Source: Escherichia coli
GTDB taxonomy: Bacteria > Pseudomonadota > Gammaproteobacteria > Enterobacterales > Enterobacteriaceae
Reading direction: 5' to 3' (one strand)
Length of the DNA stretch: 64,000 bases
Assembly: GCF_003334335.1 (NCBI RefSeq)
Contig: NZ_QOWQ01000003.1
Positions within the stretch are counted from its first letter, which is position 1, and each line of letters opens with the position of its first letter. Below the pieces are notes generated by a model. It saw only the letters and a list, made by a program, of their open reading frames with translations, made no database searches and had not been told where the DNA came from. The translations under genes and the position numbers were made by a program. Shown piece after piece: positions 6,618-16,177 of this stretch.

Positions 6618-8013
6618 ACAGTGGTCCTACATCATCACCGTCAATGTAGATCACGTCGTCTTTTTCCAGTTTGGCTAACCATCGTTTAAGGTGTTTTGTG
6701 TCATACCCCAGCTTTTTCATATCGTCACGTAACAGCGGGATCGTGCACTTGTCGCCGTGCTGTGTGCGTGAACGTATGCACCCCCATAGCGCGGTATGGT
6801 TTTCCGTCTTGTTGCCTGCCTCCTCGATGCGCTCCAGTTCAACGGGAGGGCGCGGCTTATCCACCACCACCAGCGACGTGATTAACTCCCCGTCAGCGTC
6901 GGTAAAAAGCTCCACCACCCGCAAATCATAGGCAGCCTCTTTGAGTTCCTCCGCGTCCTTCATTTTGGTGCATGAGATAACCAGCGCTTCGCTTCCTGCG
7001 TCCTCCCTGCGTATCCGGTATTCAGCATCCAGCGAAGCACGAAATGCACTGGAACCGCGCGCGCCTTTCGTCTCATCCTTGCCGGAATGGTGAACCACCA
7101 GCACCGTGGCCCCTGTGCGCCGTTTAAGCTCGTCACACCCACGGATAAACGCCCCCATATCACGGGAATCATTTTCATCATTGCCACCAAAGCAACGCGC
7201 CAGAGTATCAAGAATAATCATGCGTACAGGTTTACCCGTTTCCCGCTCCACCTGACGGGCAGCGATAACCAGTTCATCAACATCAAGCGGGACAGCCGGA
7301 AAAACTGGACGGTTTACCAGATACAGATTTTTCACCTGCTCACCGTGCACAACCTCCCAGGCTTTTACACGACGCGGAACGCCGATACCGCCTTCACCAA
7401 CCACATAGAGAACAGCGCCATGCGCCACCCTGCGGCCTCCCCACTGGCGGCCCGTGGAAACGTGACACGCCCACGAACCCGCAAGGAATGATTTATAGGA
7501 ACCGCTTGCCCCGTATATGCTGCATAGCGACGATGCCGGAATAATCCCCTTTACCACGTAATCTAATTGCGTGTCGTATCCGGCAGATCCAACGCTCATC
7601 GGTAGCGTGGTTTTTCGCTGGTGGTGTTCTTCCCCTGGCTTTTTCCCCCGCTCCCGTTCCAGATATTCGCGCCAGTTCTCCCGCTTCTGGCTGTGTATCC
7701 CTTCGGGGTAATAATTCGCATCAGTTACGCCCGCCGCCGCCAGCTTGTGCGCAATGGCATTAATATTTGATGGCCTGATGTGGCCTGCCTTGTACAGCCG
7801 GACACAATAGCGCCCCTCGTCGATGATTCTCAGGTCTGCCAGTTCATCCAGTTGATCATCAGCCAGCACAATGGGAGGCACATTATCGCCAGCCAGTCGC
7901 CCGTCCTGTTCCTGCCACTGTTTCGCATGTGCCCACGCATCACTACCCGCAAAAATGATGACTTCGGTCATCTTGTCGTAAGGCTGTTTTTTTAAGTTCG
8001 GTGCGCTTTTCAT
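6616..8013 (-). CDS. Replication initiator/helicase, RepA-like (AAA_25 / RecA-fold ATPase).
   Basis: 465 aa with Walker A GASGSYKS and Walker B MIILD, followed by VVHHSGKDETKGARGSS, typical of RepA/AAA_25 helicases of plasmids and satellites. I could not recognise a primase (toprim/EGYATA) motif in the N-terminal 150 aa. Confidence 0.8.
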   Translation of the reverse strand: MKSAPNLKKQPYDKMTEVIIFAGSDAWAHAKQWQEQDGRLAGDNVPPIVLADDQLDELADLRIIDEGRYCVRLYKAGHIRPSNINAIAHKLAAAGVTDANYYPEGIHSQKRENWREYLERERGKKPGEEHHQRKTTLPMSVGSAGYDTQLDYVVKGIIPASSLCSIYGASGSYKSFLAGSWACHVSTGRQWGGRRVAHGAVLYVVGEGGIGVPRRVKAWEVVHGEQVKNLYLVNRPVFPAVPLDVDELVIAARQVERETGKPVRMIILDTLARCFGGNDENDSRDMGAFIRGCDELKRRTGATVLVVHHSGKDETKGARGSSAFRASLDAEYRIRREDAGSEALVISCTKMKDAEELKEAAYDLRVVELFTDADGELITSLVVVDKPRPPVELERIEEAGNKTENHTALWGCIRSRTQHGDKCTIPLLRDDMKKLGYDTKHLKRWLAKLEKDDVIYIDGDDVGPL

Positions 8014-8309
8014 TTCTTGCCCCTGAATCCGTTAATCATGTTTTTCATCTTCTGAATATTGGCGCGTGCTTTCTCCCTGCTGGTGGGCACGTTACGCGGT
8101 ACGGCCTGCACCAGAGAAAAATCACGCCGGAACTGATAAACAGGCATCACGCAATCATATTCGTAACTTTCACGACGGTAGGTTACGCGCCGTTCCTCCA
8201 CGCCCTTAATCATTACCGTGCCGCCGTACTGGTCGCGGTAAATATCACCGCGCGTAAATTTAGGGTGAGTGTTGCCACTGGCAGTTAAGCCAGAATATTT
8301 AAGTTTCAT
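8010..8309 (-). CDS. Small protein (99 aa), possibly DUF4222-like.
   Basis: Track ORF whose stop overlaps the rep start (8010-8013). The central YRD..G..V.I..V...RVTYRRE.YE..CVMP...F motif resembles prophage DUF4222 proteins. The family call is tentative. Confidence 0.5.
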   Translation of the reverse strand: MKLKYSGLTASGNTHPKFTRGDIYRDQYGGTVMIKGVEERRVTYRRESYEYDCVMPVYQFRRDFSLVQAVPRNVPTSREKARANIQKMKNMINGFRGKK

Positions 8310-8314
8310 TATTT

Positions 8315-8548
8315 TTATTCTCCGGTGTGCTGTTCGTTATATCTGTCGTGCAATGTCTCTATTTCTTGTAGTTCCATTATTACAGGCTCAAGAAGCGTTA
8401 TTAATGCCGTGACAATTCTTGATTTTTGTTTGTCGCGTTCATTGTCGCCAAGTGTTTCAAGCCATATGCGCAATATTTCCAGCATGTTTTCACTGTGAGA
8501 AAGTGCAAGAAATACGCGTTCTGTTGTTTCGTGGTAAATATCACGCAT
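8315..8548 (-). CDS. Hypothetical protein (77 aa).
   Basis: Track ORF in the co-oriented early operon. No family recognised. Confidence 0.45.
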   Translation of the reverse strand: MRDIYHETTERVFLALSHSENMLEILRIWLETLGDNERDKQKSRIVTALITLLEPVIMELQEIETLHDRYNEQHTGE

Positions 8549-8620
8549 GGCTTACATCCTCAGGAAATTTTCTTCTGTAACGCGCCTCTGCCACATATTC
8601 CGCATAATCGGCGGCGATAT

Positions 8621-8773
8621 TCAGTACATCAAGCCCGTTGATTTATATTCTCTCGTGGAAAGTAAGAAAAAAGCCGCTCTAATAAGTTCTGGCATTGACG
8701 AAAGCGCATCAGCCGCATCATCAGGAACGCCGGAAAATTCTTGTTTCAGGGAATTAAAACGATCATCACGCAT
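8621..8773 (-). CDS. Hypothetical protein (about 50 aa).
   Basis: Track ORF 8621..8821. The start is placed at MRDDRF (ATG 8773), which overlaps the upstream stop (ATGCGTGA). Weak call. Confidence 0.3.
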   Translation of the reverse strand: MRDDRFNSLKQEFSGVPDDAADALSSMPELIRAAFFLLSTREYKSTGLMY

Positions 8774-8996
8774 AACCCCCCCCATTTTCACAATCAGCAA
8801 CAAGAATATTTTTAGCGTCATTCAGCGACCGCGTTGCGGTGTATCGGATACATTCCAGGGCGAATAGTGTGTATTCTTCCCTTTCTTCCCTTTCTTCCTT
8901 TTGTGCAAGCTCTGCTGTGCATTCAATATCAATAAGCGCGTGCATCAGCGTAGTGAGTGCGGCGGCGGCTGCGTCCGGTGTGGTTTTATTGCACAT
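8766..8996 (-). CDS. Hypothetical acidic protein (76 aa).
   Basis: Track ORF 8766..9050. The start is placed at MCNKTT (ATG 8996), preceded by GGAGGGG. It contains an EEREEREE acidic stretch. Confidence 0.4.
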   Translation of the reverse strand: MCNKTTPDAAAAALTTLMHALIDIECTAELAQKEEREEREEYTLFALECIRYTATRSLNDAKNILVADCENGGGYA

Positions 8997-9216
8997 GTAC
9001 CCCTCCGCATTTTTTTTCGTTAGAAATAAGCGTTCTTCTTTCCTGTTCATCGATCAGGAATACGCAGACCTCACCGCTAAGGCGTTTAAGTAAGCCGATG
9101 ATTGCCCCTGATTCGCTGTCGGTCATCATGCCTGGGTAATCCTCTGCCAGTGCGCAAATAACTTCGATTTGGTGGGCGCGTTCTGCTGCCTGTTGTAGTG
9201 TGATTTCCTGGCTCAT
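8986..9216 (-). CDS. Hypothetical protein (76 aa).
   Basis: Track ORF. Its ATG overlaps the stop of the icd-like gene (ATGA at 9213-9216). Confidence 0.45.
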   Translation of the reverse strand: MSQEITLQQAAERAHQIEVICALAEDYPGMMTDSESGAIIGLLKRLSGEVCVFLIDEQERRTLISNEKKCGGVHVQ

Positions 9217-9413
9217 AAGCCTACCCCCTGACGAATACGGGCAGCGAATACCATCACGCAGCCAGCCGGGGATTGCAGGCGTGCTTCCTGTTCGCTGGTG
9301 GCCTCAATGGTAATCACGCGCGGTTGTGCAGTGCTCAGGGCGATAAAACGCCAAATGTATTTATTCAGGTTGTGCGAGTCCCGCCCTTGCGGGTGTGTGG
9401 TATGATTTCTCAT
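9213..9413 (-). CDS. Icd-like (P4-type cell division inhibitor-like) small protein, 66 aa.
   Basis: These are the last 66 codons of the 340-aa track ORF (MRNHTTHPQGRDSHNLNKYIWRFIAL...), with a GAGG RBS. They resemble proteins annotated as Icd-like in P4-like elements, as I recall them. This is the first gene downstream of the leftward promoter. Confidence 0.55.
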   Translation of the reverse strand: MRNHTTHPQGRDSHNLNKYIWRFIALSTAQPRVITIEATSEQEARLQSPAGCVMVFAARIRQGVGL

Positions 9414-9510
9414 AGCTACCTCGATACTCTCGTTATCGTTGGTGGTTAGAAGCCCGGTTAGTGTTAGCGCACTGCCGGGTTTCGTCGTTTCTGCACCTTG
9501 CGCCAACAAG

Positions 9511-9583
9511 GTGTTGAACACCAATTTAAACCCAGGTGTTAAACACGTCAAGTGTTGAACACTTATTTTTTTTCCTGCATACT
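9511..9583. promoter_or_regulatory. Back-to-back divergent promoters with three 11-bp palindromic operators.
   Basis: GTGTTGAACAC lies at 9511-9521, GTGTTAAACAC at 9536-9546 and GTGTTGAACAC at 9552-9562. The leftward promoter has -35 TTGACG (9546-9551) and -10 TAAATT (9523-9528) with a 17-bp spacer. The rightward promoter has -35 TTGAAC (9555-9560) and -10 CATACT (9578-9583) with a 17-bp spacer. Confidence 0.6.
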
Positions 9584-9612
9584 GCATTTGTTTTTTATGA
9601 GGGGTACACCAC

Positions 9613-9792
9613 ATGGCGACAAAAGCAGTAAACGCAAAATCACAAACCGTTGCGGCAAGGGTTCCGCATGAAGTTATGAACAATGTTGAGGCGGTAAAAA
9701 TGCCTGGCGAAAGTACGGGGCAATTTGTTACTGCAGCATTAAAACGAGAAGTTGAATATCGCCAGCGGCGCAAGGCCAAAGAACCAGAGTAA
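9613..9792 (+). CDS. Ribbon-helix-helix (CopG/Arc-like) DNA-binding protein, 59 aa. Candidate satellite repressor.
   Basis: Not in the ORF track (<60 aa). ATG at 9613 with GAGGGG upstream. MATKAVNAKSQTVAARVPHEVMNNVEAVKMPGESTGQFVTAALKREVEYRQRRKAKEPE shows the strand / helix / G-x-S-x / helix pattern of RHH proteins. It is the only plus-strand gene next to the operators. Confidence 0.55.
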   Translation: MATKAVNAKSQTVAARVPHEVMNNVEAVKMPGESTGQFVTAALKREVEYRQRRKAKEPE

Positions 9793-9849
9793 TCACCATC
9801 AGCGCCGTGGTGTAAGGTATTACGGCGCATTGCTATGCAGGACAACACA

Positions 9850-10023
9850 ATGACCGATAAAGAATTGACCAAAACATTATCACCGGCACGGAAAAGACGG
9901 CGCAGAAAGATAGAGCATGAATCAGAAAGATTCGCGCCATGTGCTTTTGCCCTTGAGCAATTCCTTAAAGAGTACAGGGAAAAGCGCTCATTGCAGGTAT
10001 GGCAACGAACTGAACCAGACTGA
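9850..10023 (+). CDS. Hypothetical basic protein (57 aa).
   Basis: Track ORF 9835..10023. ATG 9850 has AGGA 7 nt upstream. It carries an RKRRRRK stretch and is co-oriented with the RHH gene, before a strong terminator. Confidence 0.35.
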   Translation: MTDKELTKTLSPARKRRRRKIEHESERFAPCAFALEQFLKEYREKRSLQVWQRTEPD

Positions 10024-10118
10024 TAGCATTGCCCACCAGCCTGATAGCGACTATCATTGCCGTTCTTATGTTTGGGATCACACACACAAACGGCGCAGCG
10101 GGTTATCTGTTCAGAAAG

Positions 10119-10146
10119 GCGGCTCCATTTCGGGGCCGCTTTTTTT
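10119..10146 (+). terminator. Rho-independent terminator of the short rightward (RHH) transcription unit.
   Basis: GCGGCTCC-atttc-GGGGCCGC (8-bp stem with one G-U pair) followed by TTTTTTT. Confidence 0.75.
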
Positions 10147-10292
10147 ATACCTGAAAAACCCCAATTTTGTTGTTTTTCAGTTTCACCAGGGCGAACGAAT
10201 CCCCGCCCACGTTCTGGCGTATATTCAATCTTCATGGTTATAGCTCTGTGTTCAGATGATTGATGTGTGGCGGCTGCGTGCCGCCAGCGTGA

Positions 10293-10481
10293 TTAATGAA
10301 CTGCCTTGCAGCTATCCTTCCAGGCCAGAACCTCGGATAAAGACCAGCCAACGGAACGACCGCCAAGTTTACGACGTGATGGGAATTGTCCGGCCTTTTC
10401 CAGGCGGTAGCGACACGTACGGCTAAGGCCGGTTAGTTTTTCGCATTCTTTTTCACGTATAAACCGATCAGTGCTTAACAC
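10293..10481 (-). CDS. alpA: AlpA-family (MerR-type HTH) phage/satellite transcriptional regulator.
   Basis: The C-terminal 62 aa read LSTDRFIREKECEKLTGLSRTCRYRLEKAGQFPSRRKLGGRSVGWSLSEVLAWK, a classic AlpA signature. The likely start is GTG 10481, preceded by AGGGGGG. The track ORF extends to ATG 10562. Confidence 0.8.
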   Translation of the reverse strand: MLSTDRFIREKECEKLTGLSRTCRYRLEKAGQFPSRRKLGGRSVGWSLSEVLAWKDSCKAVH

Positions 10482-10632
10482 TATTGCCCCCCTTTCGTTT
10501 CTTAAAGAGTCATCAGGTGTCTTATTGTGTCGTATTGTTCCCGCTAGAGTGATGAATGGCAAATATTGAGGATGTATTATTTACAGAAAATGAAACAGTA
10601 AGAATAAAATCTTTTAAATTCATGTTAATACA

Positions 10633-10665
10633 AAGGCATAAAATATTGTTTCATGCCTTTTTTTT
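10633..10665 (+). terminator. Orphan terminator-like hairpin on the plus strand in the int-alpA intergenic region.
   Basis: AAGGCATAAAA-tattg-TTTCATGCCTT (one mismatch) followed by a T-run ending at 10665. No plus-strand gene lies upstream, so the function is unknown. Confidence 0.4.
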
Positions 10666-10813
10666 CGCTCTTTAAAGAGTGATTCGCTAGTGTATAAAAA
10701 ACCAGTGACACATTAAAAATCAGCCACTTATAAATCTGTATGCTTTTTCGCCTCTTGTTCGTGGTTGTTCCACATTGTTGCTCATTGTTGCACGTTGTAT
10801 CTGTTCGCATATC

Positions 10814-10829
10814 CAGTATGCGCATACTG
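10814..10829. promoter_or_regulatory. Perfect 16-bp palindrome CAGTATGCGCATACTG just downstream of int. Candidate protein-binding site.
   Basis: The palindrome is seen directly. No U-run follows on either strand, so it is not a canonical terminator. Confidence 0.3.
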
Positions 10830-10846
10830 AAAAAACACGAAAAAAA

Positions 10847-12076
10847 TTATTTTCTTCTGGCTACGGGTAGCGTGGTTACGTTTTCATGTGTTCCCGCCAG
10901 TATCCCTAACCGCTCCGTCCACATATCCAGCGCATTGCGTTTAGCATCCAGATAACGGGAATGATTATAAACTCGCTGCATTCCTGGCATCTGGTGGCCT
11001 GTAAGCTGCTCCACGACATGCGGATCAACGCCTAAATCGTTCAGCATGGTTGTAAAGGTGCGCCGGATGTCATGCAGTGACCAGTGAGGATGATTAAGCC
11101 TCCTGTGCGCTAATCTTCCATACTGCGATACGCTGGCCTCCTGTTTCACTTCCCCCAGCAATAAGCCCGTGTGCCTGTTCTGCTCCACCAGCTGCGTGAC
11201 GAACGGCAGGATCGCTTCCGGTATGGGCCGGAATATTGCGACCTTCGTTTTGCTGTGCTCCTTCGGAACGGTCCATAGCATTTCCGTAAAATCCCACTCC
11301 CCGATCTCCGATAACCTCAGTTCTACCGTTCTGGCTCCGAAGACAATCAGGAGGCGGATTAACGCGACGTAGTAAGGGGAGAATATTTTTTTGTCCAGTG
11401 CCTGCAATAATTCGCCAAGTTCTTTGTTACTTAAGACACGTTCGCTTATATCCGGTTTTTTCCCAACGTCCGCCACGTTCAGATCGTCCAGAACGTTGCT
11501 GATTGCATAGCGCCGCCTACGGCAGAACTTAAGCGCCTGTTTGCACGCCTGTAGCACGAATCCGGCAGTAACAGGCGTTCGCTTTGCCACCTGGTCAAAA
11601 CAGGCCAGCCAGTGCCGTAGCTCGCATTTATCCAGCGGCATAGCACCAATCTGCTGTATTACGTGATTATTAAGTCGCCTTTTCAGGGCGATATAATCCA
11701 CGCGGTTTTCCTTTACGTAATACTCAAGCCAGTAGGTGAGCGCATCGCCAACCGTTACGGGCTTTAACGCTTCCTGTACGGTGTAATTCATCTCATGACG
11801 TGGATTTTTCCCCTCAGCCAGCCATGTGCGACACTGTGCGGCTTTTTCCCTGGCTGCTTTCAGGCTCAGATCAGGATAACTTCCCAGCTTAATGCGTTCG
11901 GGTCGTGTCTCCCTTCCCGTTCCGGCCCTGTATGTGAAATACCAGGTCAATTTCCCTGATGTTAAATATTTCACGCTCAGGTTTCCGCCATCACTATAAA
12001 ACGTGTTTTTCTCCGCTGGCTTACCATGAAGTTTCCTTAGCAAGGTATCGCTCAGTTTGTTCATTGCTCTGCTCAC
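10847..12076 (-). CDS. int: Tyrosine integrase, P4-like (DUF4102 N-terminal domain).
   Basis: 409 aa. It has tyrosine-recombinase catalytic-type motifs (GARTVELR, HDIRRT, YNHSRY). The GTG start at 12076 is preceded by GAGGGGG. It lies adjacent to the junction with tqsA. Confidence 0.92.
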   Translation of the reverse strand: MSRAMNKLSDTLLRKLHGKPAEKNTFYSDGGNLSVKYLTSGKLTWYFTYRAGTGRETRPERIKLGSYPDLSLKAAREKAAQCRTWLAEGKNPRHEMNYTVQEALKPVTVGDALTYWLEYYVKENRVDYIALKRRLNNHVIQQIGAMPLDKCELRHWLACFDQVAKRTPVTAGFVLQACKQALKFCRRRRYAISNVLDDLNVADVGKKPDISERVLSNKELGELLQALDKKIFSPYYVALIRLLIVFGARTVELRLSEIGEWDFTEMLWTVPKEHSKTKVAIFRPIPEAILPFVTQLVEQNRHTGLLLGEVKQEASVSQYGRLAHRRLNHPHWSLHDIRRTFTTMLNDLGVDPHVVEQLTGHQMPGMQRVYNHSRYLDAKRNALDMWTERLGILAGTHENVTTLPVARRK

Positions 12077-12099
12077 GTTTTACCCCCTCTTTACGAAAA

Positions 12100-12123
12100 A
12101 GTGACTACACCAGTGACTACACC
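12100..12123. repeat. Tandem 12-bp repeat AGTGACTACACC x2 between int and the att junction. Candidate integrase arm-type sites.
   Basis: Exact tandem duplication seen at 12100-12111 and 12112-12123, within the 175 bp that separate the int start from the tqsA junction. Confidence 0.4.
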
Positions 12124-12251
12124 GATCGTTGCACAAAGGGCTACAACGTGAAACAAGCTGGAACAAGGAAAATCACAAATCTGTTGATAATCAAAAACAT
12201 AATGCACAGCCTGAAACATTATGAAACAGCAAAAAACACTAAATGATAAAA

Positions 12252-13158
12252 TGCTGTTATTCTTAACCCGCTGGTGCAACACATGGTCCGCTGGCGTGTG
12301 CCGCGTGTACTGGCGGTGTCGATTTTGATGACCATCATCGTGATGGCGATGGTGTTGCTATTAGCTTATCTGGGTTCCGCGCTCAACGAGTTGACGCGGA
12401 CGTTACCGCAATATCGCAACTCTATTATGACGCCGCTGCAAGCGCTTGAAGCGTTGTTGCAACGCGTAGGGATTGACGTCTCAGTTGACCAGCTGGCGCA
12501 TTATATTGATCCGAACGCGGCGATGACGTTGCTCACCAACTTATTGACGCAGTTATCTAATGCCATGTCATCAATATTTTTATTGCTGCTGACGGTGCTG
12601 TTTATGCTGCTCGAAGTGCCACAATTGCCCGGAAAATTTCAGCAAATGATGGCGCGTCCGGTTGAAGGGATGGCGGCGATTCAACGTGCGATTGACAGTG
12701 TTTCTCATTATCTGGTGCTGAAAACAGCCATCAGCATCATCACCGGCCTGGTCGCCTGGGCGATGCTCGCCGCACTCGATGTTCGCTTCGCTTTTGTCTG
12801 GGGATTGCTGGCCTTTGCGCTTAATTACATCCCGAATATTGGTTCAGTCCTCGCGGCAATCCCCCCTATCGCTCAGGTACTGGTGTTTAATGGCTTCTAC
12901 GAAGCGTTGCTGGTGCTGGCGGGATATCTGCTGATTAATCTGGTCTTCGGCAATATTCTGGAGCCGCGTATCATGGGGCGTGGGCTGGGGCTTTCCACAT
13001 TGGTGGTATTTTTGTCGTTGATTTTTTGGGGATGGTTGTTAGGACCGGTGGGTATGCTGCTTTCCGTGCCGTTGACAATTATTGTCAAAATTGCGCTTGA
13101 ACAAACAGCGGGAGGTCAAAGCATCGCCGTTCTGTTAAGCGATCTCAATAAAGAGTGA
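12252..13158 (+). pseudogene. tqsA: tqsA (AI-2 exporter, AI-2E family), 5'-truncated by the satellite insertion.
   Basis: From 12253 the frame reads [22 protein letters not shown]... to the normal C-terminus ...VLLSDLNKE, matching K-12 TqsA from about residue 44 onward. An in-frame TAA lies at 12247-12249 with non-homologous island DNA upstream. Only a GTG (12274) or ATG (12283) restart is available. Confidence 0.85.
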
Positions 13159-13182
13159 CGGCCTCAGCAGAGGCCGTCAGGG

Positions 13183-14574
<1,392 letters not shown>

Positions 14575-14581
14575 TTACCCC

Positions 14582-16177
<1,596 letters not shown>

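Larger units (their letters stand above)
77..12251 (-). mobile_element. Integrated phage satellite (capsid-forming PICI-like, P4-type integrase). The right junction is in tqsA. The left part lies beyond the IS186 insertion and outside the window.
   Basis: A contiguous minus-strand block holds int, alpA, an icd-like gene, a rep helicase with iterons, ssb, a perC-like gene, and an HK97 capsid/protease/portal/connector/HNH/terS module. It lacks tail and lysis genes. It is absent from the K-12 tqsA locus as I recall it, and homology to tqsA resumes at about 12252. Confidence 0.85.

Noticed and set aside
9213-10235. 340-aa minus-strand ORF, the longest ORF in the island regulatory region.
   Set aside because: Low-complexity, Cys/Ser/Thr-rich translation with no family resemblance. 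It runs antisense through the RHH gene, the 57-aa ORF, a strong plus-strand terminator and the operator/promoter cluster. Only its last 66 codons (9213-9413, with their own RBS) look like a real gene (Icd-like).
77-12251. Search for a recognisable anti-phage defence system, toxin-antitoxin pair, reverse transcriptase, CRISPR array or P4 sid/psu/delta homologues inside the island.
   Set aside because: None of the island ORFs shows motifs of known defence families, and there are no spaced direct repeats typical of CRISPR. The RHH plus 57-aa pair was considered as a toxin-antitoxin module. Its position on the operators fits a repressor role better, and the second protein resembles no toxin family I know.
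12091-12282. 63-aa minus-strand ORF and 95-aa plus-strand ORF (11959-12246) at the island/tqsA junction.
   Set aside because: They span the int start region, the arm-type repeats and the att junction, partly in chromosomal and partly in island DNA. They have no RBS and are most likely chance ORFs in AT-rich attachment-site DNA.
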